Shown here: one piece after another, positions 55,640 through 64,000 of the stretch
Layout of the letters: every line of letters begins with the position of its first letter
How positions within the stretch are numbered: position 1 is the stretch's first letter
Assembly (NCBI GenBank): GCA_035429885.1
Contig: DAOMFR010000005.1
Coordinates: 12,068-76,067, forward strand
DNA: 64,000 nucleotides
Source: Blastocatellia bacterium
GTDB lineage: Bacteria; Acidobacteriota; Blastocatellia; RBC074
Reading direction: 5' to 3'
Notes under the pieces: model-generated
What the model was told of the DNA's origin: nothing
Database searches by the model: none
What the model saw: the letters and a program-made list of their open reading frames with translations, nothing else
Program-made: the position numbers and the translations under genes

Positions 55640-56512
55640 TCATTGAGGTTTGACCCATCGCACGGCGTCGCCTTTCTGAACCCCTTTGCCGGTGCCATTG
55701 ATTTTGGCTTTGGCGGCATTCTCGCGGACTTCCGTGACTTCGACGGTGGCTTTGGCGTCCAGATCGAATTCGGCCAAGCCTTCTTCTTCGGCGGTATCGC
55801 CAACGGCTTGCGCTCCTTCGTGTCCGACTTTGTGGACCGTGAACCGGTCGCCGGCTCTGATGCCGTGACGCGTTCCCAAATTGATGTACAAGGTTTGGTT
55901 GTCTTCGGCCACGCGCAACACGCGACCACGTTTCAAAAAGAACGCCGCCAGTTTGGCGGACAGGCGATCCACGGCTTTTGACACCAAATCTTCATAGACG
56001 TTTTTCGCCCCGCCGCGCGAATCGGTCTTGTTGCGTTTTTCGCTAATTGTCACTTTGTCGCTGAACAGGATGGCGCGGGTCACCGGATCAACCGCTGATG
56101 CGCCAAGTTCCACGGTGTAGGTGACTTCGATGCGGGCGAACATATCGCGTTCGACCGCGCCAGCGCGCAACAGTTCCGGAAAGACATACGCGTCCGGCGG
56201 TTCGGCCAGATTTCCGGGAAGTTGGCGGTTGAAGCCTCCTTTTTTGGAATCGGCGATCAGCTTGGTCAGCTGTTCGACCTGTTCGTCGTCCAGCGTGACG
56301 ATCTGTTTAAAACCTTTGCTGTTGTCGAGTGCGATGCGCAAGCTGCTGGCCAAGGCTTTGGCGTCGCCTTTGTATTCAGCATCGGTTGCGGAACTCAGCC
56401 GGAAATATCGAACGCCGAGCGTTGGAGATTCCGGAAGCGTTTGAGCGTGGGCGCTCGCCGTCGTCAGCGCAATGACAACGACGGCGAACAATGTAACAAG
56501 ATGTTTGTGCAT
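55640..56512 (-). CDS. Hypothetical secreted protein (second gene of operon)
   Basis: A signal peptide (LVTLFAVVVIALTTASAHAQ). The C-terminal segment GRVLRVAEDNQTLYINLGTRHGIRAGDRFTVHKVG ... ATVEVTEVRENAAKAKI ... GDAVRW resembles small beta-barrel lipoprotein domains. Confidence 0.6.
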   Translation of the reverse strand: MHKHLVTLFAVVVIALTTASAHAQTLPESPTLGVRYFRLSSATDAEYKGDAKALASSLRIALDNSKGFKQIVTLDDEQVEQLTKLIADSKKGGFNRQLPGNLAEPPDAYVFPELLRAGAVERDMFARIEVTYTVELGASAVDPVTRAILFSDKVTISEKRNKTDSRGGAKNVYEDLVSKAVDRLSAKLAAFFLKRGRVLRVAEDNQTLYINLGTRHGIRAGDRFTVHKVGHEGAQAVGDTAEEEGLAEFDLDAKATVEVTEVRENAAKAKINGTGKGVQKGDAVRWVKPQ

Positions 56513-56530
56513 GAATGTTCCGTGTTTGGT

Positions 56531-57367
56531 TTACCAGTCGGTCGGGATTTGATCTTCGTCGGTAGCGACGGTCGGTTGGAATTTCGGATCGGTCAAATCC
56601 ACGCCGCCAATCTTGGCCAAATGGTTGGCGACAGATGACAGTGTGGCGAGATGCGCCGGACCTTCGGAAATGATTTCTCCCAGCCCCTTCATTCCGTCGT
56701 TCAGCTTTTTGGGCTGCGTCGAAATCAGATTGGCCGGACTGTTTTTGGTGTTCGCCGCAGCGGATTCAGCGCGTGGTTTGACGTCTTTCGCGGTTTCGAT
56801 GGCGATCTGTTCCTGTTTGGCAGCGCCATACAACAGCTTGGCCAGCTTGCCGTAATTTTCCTTGTCCTGTTTGCTCAGCTCTTTTTCGCGAGCTTCTTTG
56901 TCGGCGATTTCCTGATCAACCATCGCGCGTTTTTCGGCGCGTTGCTGCTCATCAGTTTGAACCTGCTTTTCTACTTTCTCCGAAGTTTTTTCGTCGTATT
57001 TTCCGCCATTGGTTTGCTTGCCAAGTTCGGCCAGCAGCTTGCGCTTTTCGGCGATGGAACGATCAAGCGCCTCGATTTCTTTTTGATCTTTTTCGATCTG
57101 GCTTTGCGTGCTTTTCTTGGAGGAATTACGCAAGGCTTGGCGGCGAATGACATCGTCAGCCAGGCTCAATGTGATGCGGGCATACGCCGACTTCACGCGT
57201 GCTCCGTCCATTTGGCTCAGGATGTTGTCTATTTCGCTGCTGCCCCCCAGGCCGGGGATTTTCTTTTTGAGTTTGTCGAACTGCGCGTACGTTGGCGAAA
57301 CCGCCGCAAACAAAATCGCAAGCAAAGCCACTCCCTGCAGGACGCGAAGAGGCGAATTGGTTGTCAT
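56531..57367 (-). CDS. Hypothetical secreted coiled-coil protein (first gene of operon)
   Basis: Preferred start is ATG 57367 (MTTNSPLRVL), preceded by AGGAG plus a 9-nt spacer. A signal peptide is followed by a highly charged K/E/Q-rich coiled-coil region. Confidence 0.6.
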   Translation of the reverse strand: MTTNSPLRVLQGVALLAILFAAVSPTYAQFDKLKKKIPGLGGSSEIDNILSQMDGARVKSAYARITLSLADDVIRRQALRNSSKKSTQSQIEKDQKEIEALDRSIAEKRKLLAELGKQTNGGKYDEKTSEKVEKQVQTDEQQRAEKRAMVDQEIADKEAREKELSKQDKENYGKLAKLLYGAAKQEQIAIETAKDVKPRAESAAANTKNSPANLISTQPKKLNDGMKGLGEIISEGPAHLATLSSVANHLAKIGGVDLTDPKFQPTVATDEDQIPTDW

Positions 57368-57534
57368 AGCTTGGTCTCCTATACGGAAAGAATGAAAATC
57401 TTGGATAGGGGAGAAATGGAACAAAGATCGTACGGGGCGAGTTCGTTTACGAGGCGTCGAGAGTGTATGTTTTCAGATTTTGAGTTGCAAGGTTCTGGAT
57501 TGGCTGCGAGGAGAGATTGACTGGCGCGACAGCA

Positions 57535-57574
57535 GAAAAGGTCTCACCGCCGCAGAACGTGTTGCGGCGGTGAG
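57535..57574 (-). terminator. Probable terminator of the gluconolactonase gene
   Basis: Perfect 12-bp stem ctcaccgccgca / tgcggcggtgag with an 8-nt loop, followed on the minus strand by accttttct. Confidence 0.5.
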
Positions 57575-57588
57575 TTGAGAATTGAACT

Positions 57589-58665
57589 TCAGAAGCCTTT
57601 GCCTTTGGTGGTCAGCTTCACGCGCAACAGCGCTGTGTTGGCGGTGATGTACAACGTCGAACCATCGTCACCAAACGCGCAGTTGGCGGTCGGAACTCCG
57701 GTGTCGAACGTTCCCAGCAGTTTTCCTTCTGGCGAAAACACGTGCAATCCACCGGGACCAGTGGCAAACACGTTGCCGCTGCTGTCCACTTTCATGCCGT
57801 CAGGCAGGCCGGGCTTTTTGGCTTTTGCCCATTCGGTTGCGTCAAAAAACACTTTGCCGTTGGCAATCGTTCCGTCTGGCTTTACGTCGTAAACCATCCA
57901 GATGGCTTTGTCAGGATCGGACGATGCGACATACAGTTTTTTCTCGTCTGGAGACAGCGCGATGCCGTTGGGCCGCGTGATTTCTTTGGTCAGCAATGTG
58001 ATCTTGCCGTTTTTGTCTAAGCGGTACACGCCGCAGTAATCCATCTCCCGTCCAGGATCGTCTGCGCCTTTCGGCAGGCCATACGGAGGATCGGTAAAAT
58101 ACAGAGCGCCGTTTGAGTGGTAAACCAAATCGTTGGGACTGTTGAACCGTTTGCCGTTGTAATTGGCAGCGAGAGCGATAATTTTGCCATCGGCTTCCAA
58201 GCGCGCGACGCGCCGATCTCCGTGCTGGCACATCACCAGTTTGCCTTGAGCGTCATACGTCAATCCGTTCGTGCCGGGTTCTTTACCCGTGAAAGGGTCT
58301 TTGCCGCTGTACCCAGCCGGATGCAAAAACTGACTGGCTCCTTTGCCTTCCTGCCACTTGATGATTTCGTTGCCGGGAATGTTGGAAAACAGCAGATAGC
58401 CGTCTTTCTTATTCCAGACTGGGCCTTCGGTCCAAATGTAACCTTCAGCCAGTTTTTCAACTTTGGCGTTTGCCGGAACCAATTTGTCGAAGGCCGGGTC
58501 CAGGCGAACGATCTTGGTTTCCGGCACTGCCGGAGTTGCCGACGGCGAAGCCACTGCCGTCAGTTTGGGGTCAGTGACCGGTGCGGATTTTTCTGCCGGA
58601 GCGCAAGCCGTGAATGCGAGCGAGGCCAATGCCAATGTTGCCGATGCCAACAAGCGTTTTGTCAT
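57589..58665 (-). CDS. SMP-30/gluconolactonase/LRE-family protein (lipoprotein)
   Basis: A lipobox-like N-terminus (LASLAFTAC) and a six-bladed-propeller lactonase region (GPVWNKKDGYLLFSNIPGNEIIKW, NSPNDLVYHSNGALYFTDP, NGIALSPDEKKLYV). Confidence 0.85.
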   Translation of the reverse strand: MTKRLLASATLALASLAFTACAPAEKSAPVTDPKLTAVASPSATPAVPETKIVRLDPAFDKLVPANAKVEKLAEGYIWTEGPVWNKKDGYLLFSNIPGNEIIKWQEGKGASQFLHPAGYSGKDPFTGKEPGTNGLTYDAQGKLVMCQHGDRRVARLEADGKIIALAANYNGKRFNSPNDLVYHSNGALYFTDPPYGLPKGADDPGREMDYCGVYRLDKNGKITLLTKEITRPNGIALSPDEKKLYVASSDPDKAIWMVYDVKPDGTIANGKVFFDATEWAKAKKPGLPDGMKVDSSGNVFATGPGGLHVFSPEGKLLGTFDTGVPTANCAFGDDGSTLYITANTALLRVKLTTKGKGF

Positions 58666-58787
58666 TTTCGAGAGTCTCCTGTGATGGATTTGCCAGTGAT
58701 GATCGAATTGAACTTCGTTTAGCGCGGCATACCATACGAGCCATTCCAGCTTGAGTCAATTTCATCAACGGCAAATGCTCAATCGCA

Positions 58788-59555
58788 TTATTGTTCCTCG
58801 TAATGCCAAGTCAGTCCGCCATCCACGTAATACGTTGAACCGGTGACGTAATTGGCGTCTTCCGAAGCCAGAAAAACGGCGACGCTGGCTACATCAGCGG
58901 TTTGTCCCAATCGTCCCAGCGGAACCTGGCTGAGTAACGCGCCAAGCTTAGCGGGATCGTTCAGCAGTTTGGTGTTGATCGGCGTTTCGATGGCTCCAGG
59001 AGCGATGTTGTTGACGTTGATGCCCAGCGCGCCAAGCTCGACAGCCAGATTGCGCGTCATCATTTTGACGCCGCCTTTGCTGGCGCAATAAGCCGTGAAG
59101 TTGGGGAAGGGAAGCTCTTCATGAACAGAGCTGATGTTGACGATTTTGCCTGGGCGTTCGGTCTGGCGCAGATGGCGAACGAATTCCTGCGACGCGAAAA
59201 AGACGCCTTTCAGATTAACGTTCAGTACTTTGTCGTAATCATCTTCGGTCACATCCCAAAACGGCGCATGGGTTTCCAGTCCTGCGTTGTTGACCAGCAC
59301 ATCCAACCGCCCGAAATGTTCAACCGCAGTGTTCACCAACCGTTGAATGTCCGAGACTTTGCCCAAATCCGCCTGGACGATTAATCCACGACGCCCGGCG
59401 GCTTCGATTTCGGCCAATGCTTCTTCCGCGCCTTTCGCGCCGCGGTTGTAATTGATGACGACATCGGCGCCTTCCTGGGCAAATCGTACGGCGATGGCGC
59501 GGCCAATGCCCTGGCTGCTGCCGGTGACGAGTGCAATTTTGTTGTTCAGTCGCAT
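58788..59555 (-). CDS. Short-chain dehydrogenase/reductase (SDR) family oxidoreductase
   Basis: TGSSQGIG cofactor motif, NNAG, and the catalytic YxxxK (YCASK). Confidence 0.9.
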   Translation of the reverse strand: MRLNNKIALVTGSSQGIGRAIAVRFAQEGADVVINYNRGAKGAEEALAEIEAAGRRGLIVQADLGKVSDIQRLVNTAVEHFGRLDVLVNNAGLETHAPFWDVTEDDYDKVLNVNLKGVFFASQEFVRHLRQTERPGKIVNISSVHEELPFPNFTAYCASKGGVKMMTRNLAVELGALGINVNNIAPGAIETPINTKLLNDPAKLGALLSQVPLGRLGQTADVASVAVFLASEDANYVTGSTYYVDGGLTWHYEEQ

Positions 59556-59790
59556 TCCTTCTCCTTCAAAAGTTTTCGTAGTGGTTCTTCGAGCGCAAAG
59601 GAAATCCCGACTTGCTGGAAATTTATTCCGTTTGCCGCACTCTTTCTTACCGGCCCACCGCTAAATTCCAAGATGGAGTGACCAGAAAAAATCTTCAACT
59701 TCAGCGCAACAAACAAATATCCGTTGCCGTAATACGCTGCCAGTTTCGCGTGGTAACAGAAAGAAAACTTGAGAAGAAGAGAGGAGTTTT

Positions 59791-60474
59791 TTGATGAAAG
59801 CACGATTCAATGCAAAGTATGCAATCTTTTCCGTGGTTGCCATCATGTTGGTTTACGTTCTGTTTCATAACGAACGCTTTGTGGTTCAACCAGATCATCC
59901 CGTTTGGCAACATTACGAACCGTTCAAGTGGTGGTTATTGCCGCATGCCATTGCGGGCTCGTTTGTTATTTTGCTGGCTCCGCTGCAATTCTCTGATCGA
60001 TTGCGTAAACGGTTTGCTGGGCTGCACCGCATTCTGGGACGGTTGTATGTCGTTGGCGCGTTTATCCTTGCGCCGCTTGGCGCGTACATCCAATTCGTCG
60101 AAGAGCGCCAGGGATTTCCGCGCTCTTTTACAGTTTTGGCCGTGATTAATGCTGTAATGTTGTTTGGTACTACGCTTATCGCTCTCGTATTTGCTATCAA
60201 GCGGAGGATCACTCAGCATCGGCAATGGATGATTCGCAGTTATGCAGTAGCGCTGGTCTTCGTAGAAGTACGTTTTATTTTGGGCGTGACTGGTTGGGAA
60301 ACGCTGGGCATCGAAATCGTGCAGGCCGTGATTTGGTCATGCCTGGCGATGTCACTGCTGTTTGCTGACGTCATCAATCATTGGCTGGAAATCCGCGCGA
60401 CGGTGGCGGCACCAGTCAAATCTTCTGTGCTTATGAAACAGGAAGTGTTCAGCGGCACTGCCGAACCGGTCTAG
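59791..60474 (+). CDS. DUF2306-like integral membrane protein
   Basis: 227 aa with six predicted helices (HAIAGSFVILLAPLQF, RILGRLYVVGAFILAPLGAYIQ). Confidence 0.55.
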   Translation: MMKARFNAKYAIFSVVAIMLVYVLFHNERFVVQPDHPVWQHYEPFKWWLLPHAIAGSFVILLAPLQFSDRLRKRFAGLHRILGRLYVVGAFILAPLGAYIQFVEERQGFPRSFTVLAVINAVMLFGTTLIALVFAIKRRITQHRQWMIRSYAVALVFVEVRFILGVTGWETLGIEIVQAVIWSCLAMSLLFADVINHWLEIRATVAAPVKSSVLMKQEVFSGTAEPV

Positions 60475-60853
60475 TGTTTCCACAAACAAGGCTTCTTGAT
60501 TCCCTTGCTTCCATTTCCTGCAATTGGCCAAATGACCCTTGGCCTGGAATGAAGCAGGGGAATCTTGTTTATTAGATCGAATCCGGTTCAGTGAAAGGCT
60601 TCGATCGACTCCGGGAAAAGTGCGCTGTTAAGTGCGGCATTGCACTCTTTCAATGCTTGCTCAGCTGAGCGAAATCACGCAACCTGCTTTGGTTATTGAC
60701 AGGAAATTTTCTCATTCGATCGTGAACTGCCGTAATGCTTTGGCTTTATTTCAATTACTTGTGAGGCTGCCAGCAAGAAACTAATCGGCTATACTGCCGC
60801 GCGCAGCCCAAAAGACGGTGCTTTACCCAACCACACTCAGACAAGGAGAAAGT

Positions 60854-62365
60854 ATGCAGCCACGATTTAACGCCGGTTTTTTCGCCATGTTATTGGCTTC
60901 TGTCGTTTTGTTGCTTTCAGCCAGCCAGGCGTTTGCGCAATCTGCCGCTACAACCAAACAAACTCAGGAAGAATTCGTCGCTGAAGTTAGGAAAAGCTTC
61001 GAGCAGGGAAGCTTCGTTACTTTGGACAAAACTGCCGATCAGGCCAGAGAAAGCAAGGAACGCTTTCCTGGTGCTGAGTGGAAGCTTTTTGTGTTTTACC
61101 AGTCGCTGGCTTGGCCAAACTCCGGGAACTCAGCTACCGATTCTCAATGGAAAGCTCATTTGGATAGTTTGGAAAAGTGGACGAAGGAATCACCAAAATC
61201 TCAGACGGCGCGCATCGCCTTGGCCAACAGTTGGGTGGAATACGCCAAACTGGCGCGGACTTCAGATCGTGACTGGCGCGGGTTCGACAAAGATGTTGGC
61301 GGTAAGGAATATCAGAAACGATTGAAGCAGGCGAACATTGCGCTGGATTTCGACACGAAACTCTTTTTCGTCAATCTGGGCAAGGAAGCAAAAGGCGAAA
61401 TCAGAAGAGATCCCAGCGCGAAACTGCCTTCGCTTTGTCCACACTTTTACTTCGTCAAACTGGCGATGGAACAAGGTCGAGCCTTTGATGACTGGACTCG
61501 ATACAATGACATCTTTGCCAGAGCCATCGCGTTGGAACCGAATTACTACTACTTTTATCAAACCAAGGCCTTCGATTTGATGATCCAGAATCATGGCGTC
61601 AAAGGTCAGTGGGAAGCGTTCGCCGAAAACTCCATCAAAACCGTCAGTGAAAAAGCCGGTGTCGCGGAAGGCGACATCACTTATTACATGATCGTGTCGT
61701 TCGTTCGCCCGCGATACATTGCCCAGGACGGGCACGGAGATTTTTTTCGTGACAACAATATTTGGGGACAGAAAATCTGGGATGGTTACAAGCAGATCGA
61801 AGCCAAATACGGAACCAGCAAATACCGCCTAAACGAAATGGCGCTACTGGCTTCCAAGGCTCAGCAGTTTGAGGTCGCCAAAAAACTGTTTGTGCGAATT
61901 GGCGACGATTGGGACGAACGAGTATGGGAACGCAGAGCCGCTTTTGATGGGTATAGAAATGCTGCAAAAGCCAAGGCTCCAACTGTCGCGTCAAAGTTGA
62001 AAAGCGACCTGACCAGTTTGAAAGCTACGCTTTCCTCTCGCCAGACAAGTTACGCGAAAAGTCAGAATGCGGTGATTGAAGCGGTGATTGAATATCCTTC
62101 GACCGCGTCTGACGCCGACAGTGCTTATGAAGTCGGACTGGCGGCATTTTCGCTGGTGATTTCCAATCCTCGGAAACGCGCTCAGGAAACGATGGTGTTG
62201 CCGCAAACCGATAACACGCAAGCGATCAAACTGATCAAATCGGGAGGCTCCATCCGGCTGACGTACAAAATCAACTTTGCGTTGGCCGCTGGAGATTACA
62301 AGGTCAAAATGAAATCTGTGACCTCCAACGAGCTGACTATTCGAATTGGTGTCACCAAAAAGTGA
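60854..62365 (+). CDS. Hypothetical secreted protein
   Basis: Preferred start is ATG 60854 (MQPRFNAGFFAMLLASVVLLLSASQAFAQ), preceded by AAGGAGA. The product is about 500 aa and helical/TPR-like. The track ORF begins 36 nt upstream. Confidence 0.6.
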   Translation: MQPRFNAGFFAMLLASVVLLLSASQAFAQSAATTKQTQEEFVAEVRKSFEQGSFVTLDKTADQARESKERFPGAEWKLFVFYQSLAWPNSGNSATDSQWKAHLDSLEKWTKESPKSQTARIALANSWVEYAKLARTSDRDWRGFDKDVGGKEYQKRLKQANIALDFDTKLFFVNLGKEAKGEIRRDPSAKLPSLCPHFYFVKLAMEQGRAFDDWTRYNDIFARAIALEPNYYYFYQTKAFDLMIQNHGVKGQWEAFAENSIKTVSEKAGVAEGDITYYMIVSFVRPRYIAQDGHGDFFRDNNIWGQKIWDGYKQIEAKYGTSKYRLNEMALLASKAQQFEVAKKLFVRIGDDWDERVWERRAAFDGYRNAAKAKAPTVASKLKSDLTSLKATLSSRQTSYAKSQNAVIEAVIEYPSTASDADSAYEVGLAAFSLVISNPRKRAQETMVLPQTDNTQAIKLIKSGGSIRLTYKINFALAAGDYKVKMKSVTSNELTIRIGVTKK

Positions 62366-62441
62366 TTGGTCTTCAGCGCGCGTAATGACGCAAGGCCCAA
62401 AAGGTTATCACCCTCTGCGGCCTTGCGCTAAGTTGCTAAGT

Positions 62442-64000
62442 TTAGTTTTTGGCCATTTCTTTGGGGCGCACGCCCGCGACATTCAGCCGCATTTTGTAGA
62501 GCCCGCTACGGGCGCACAGGTAAAGCGTTTTGCCGTCCTCATCGCCCCAAGCCATGTTGTGAACATGCTTTGGGGTAATGATTGTGCCCAGATGCTTTCC
62601 TTCCGCCGACAACACCCATAAGCCACCAGGGCCGGAAACATAGAGATTGCCAGATTGATCCACCTTGATGCCGTCAATGGCGTCTTCGCCCGGCGCGGCA
62701 GTCATATCAAAAAACACCATTCCATTTTTGACTGAACCTTCAGCTGTTAACTCATACCGCATAACAACTTTTTTCTTGTCATCCCAATTGCCGACGTACA
62801 AATACTTTTCGTCGGGCGATAGTGCAATGCCATTTGGCCCTGAAAGCTCTCTGGTCAGTAATTGCAGCTTGCCACGGCGAAGTGAATACACGCCGCTGAA
62901 TGGCAACTCTTTGCGTGGATCGTCGCCGAATTTCGGCAAACCAAAAGGCGGATCGGTGAAAAACAAAGTGCCATCAGAGCTGTAAACCAGATCGTTCGGG
63001 CTGTTTAGGCGTTTGCCTTCAAATTTATCGGCCAGCACGGTTTCGCTGCCATATTTTTCAATCAGCAGAACTCGGCGATTACCGTGCTGGTTGATCGTCA
63101 GTTGCCCGTGACTGTCCAACGTCAATCCGTTCGATCCTGGCTGGCCATATTCAGCGATGTCTGCGCCGTTGTACCCACTCTGCGATTTGAAGACTTCCAG
63201 CTTGCCTGCTTCATTTCCATTTGGCGTGTATTTCCAAATCACGTTGCTGTTCGGATCGCTGAACAGCAAATGGCTTTTGGTTTGTTGATCGCCGGGAACC
63301 CAAACCGGCCCTTCAGTGAATTTGAAGCCTTCGGCCAGTTTAAAGATTTTCGGATTCGCGCCAACGATGGTTTCGATCGCTGGATCGTGTTTGGCGACCT
63401 GTACATTGACCTCGCTGGGGACCAGCGCCAACGGCGCGTTTGATCCACGATAAAAATCCAGCTTTGCTTCGCGCACCCAGATGAAGTTCGTCGGCGGATT
63501 CGATATTGGCCCGTTGATGCCGAAAATCGCCAATTGAATTTGCTGACCGGGTTTGACGTTGCGACCGACGACAAGGCGGTTCGGAGCATTCCACCCGCCA
63601 ATCACCGAACCACCCATTTGCCCCAGGTAACGAGTCAATTCGCCGTCCACCCAGACTTCGGCGTAATCATCGAGCGCTGTTTGAAACACGACGGTTGAGC
63701 CGGTCGGATCGAAATCGCCGACTCGTTCAGGAATTGTCAGCTTAATGCGATACCAGTTGAAACAGAGCCGACCGGTTGACCGCCGAGTTTCTAGCGACGA
63801 AGCCGGAATCGCGTCCCACTTGGAATCATCGAAATCCGCCGGCCCGGCTTTGGGAATGTAATCGTAAGTTCGATTCGCGGCGCCTGTCGGTTGGTTATCT
63901 GTGCCGGGTGATTTGAAATCCACTTCGATGATTTTGGTGTCACTGTATCGCCACTGACCTTTGACCAGTTTTGCGCCTTCTTCGGTCGCCAGATTGATCG
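62442..64000 (-). CDS. SMP-30/gluconolactonase-domain protein with additional N-terminal domain (partial; N-terminus beyond window end)
   Basis: The C-terminal half is paralogous to the 57589-58665 protein (FTEGPVWV, NSPNDLVYSSDGTLFFTDPPFGLPK, NGIALSPDEKYLYV). The track start at 63923 is a GTG. The reading frame stays open upstream to position 64000, so the gene continues past the window. Confidence 0.75.
   Translation of the reverse strand, partial: INLATEEGAKLVKGQWRYSDTKIIEVDFKSPGTDNQPTGAANRTYDYIPKAGPADFDDSKWDAIPASSLETRRSTGRLCFNWYRIKLTIPERVGDFDPTGSTVVFQTALDDYAEVWVDGELTRYLGQMGGSVIGGWNAPNRLVVGRNVKPGQQIQLAIFGINGPISNPPTNFIWVREAKLDFYRGSNAPLALVPSEVNVQVAKHDPAIETIVGANPKIFKLAEGFKFTEGPVWVPGDQQTKSHLLFSDPNSNVIWKYTPNGNEAGKLEVFKSQSGYNGADIAEYGQPGSNGLTLDSHGQLTINQHGNRRVLLIEKYGSETVLADKFEGKRLNSPNDLVYSSDGTLFFTDPPFGLPKFGDDPRKELPFSGVYSLRRGKLQLLTRELSGPNGIALSPDEKYLYVGNWDDKKKVVMRYELTAEGSVKNGMVFFDMTAAPGEDAIDGIKVDQSGNLYVSGPGGLWVLSAEGKHLGTIITPKHVHNMAWGDEDGKTLYLCARSGLYKMRLNVAGVRPKEMAKN

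Noticed and set aside
56651-57520. 289-aa plus-strand ORF
   Set aside because: Antisense to the K/E-rich secreted protein gene. Its F/L-rich composition is the mirror image of that gene.
57368-57588. Sigma-54 promoter upstream of the three-secreted-protein/STK operon
   Set aside because: A TTGCA is present but the -24 position reads aatcca, not TGGCAC, so there is no support.
1-64000. CRISPR arrays, IS elements/transposases, integrases, rRNA and tRNA genes
   Set aside because: No direct-repeat/spacer architecture, DDE or tyrosine-recombinase signatures, or rRNA/tRNA-like sequences were seen on either strand.

Overview
High-GC (about 60%) bacterial chromosomal window; gene content suggests Acidobacteriota, but this is an inference and not verified. 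Positions 1-15206 form one tightly packed minus-strand operon of about 15 kb for an ABC-transporter-dependent surface glycan. It carries Wzm/Wzt export genes, four GT4 and one GT2 glycosyltransferases, and a complete sialic-acid (nonulosonic acid) pathway (NeuB, NeuC, NeuA). Two unusual tailoring enzymes sit in the same operon: an AsnB-like amidotransferase and a PhyH-like dioxygenase. Downstream (15621-23190) is an ECF sigma factor co-transcribed with a large membrane Ser/Thr kinase, then a separately terminated gene for a 1194-aa repetitive secreted surface protein. The middle of the window holds mostly housekeeping and accessory genes: a CadC-like TPR regulator, CoA-transferase, OPT transporter, a second STK followed by HtrA, Gfo/Idh/MocA oxidoreductase, a TonB-dependent-receptor-like outer-membrane protein, a BNR-repeat protein, cytochrome P460, an AraC regulator, an M20D amidohydrolase, hemL and rlmB. 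Two features there are atypical. One is a low-GC island of about 1.4 kb next to hemL with about 880 bp lacking any convincing ORF. The other is a compact putative regulatory unit at 49242-49713: two tandem palindromic sites, a sigma-54-like -24/-12 promoter on the minus strand, a micro-ORF with a strong Shine-Dalgarno sequence, and a canonical intrinsic terminator, all divergent from an FHA-GAF sigma-54 activator gene. That activator is convergent with a five-gene minus-strand operon (three secreted hypothetical proteins, a third STK, a cytochrome-c/WD40 protein), a candidate phospho-signalling locus. No CRISPR array, rRNA, tRNA, transposase or integrase was recognised. Several long perfect hairpins lie between converging genes.
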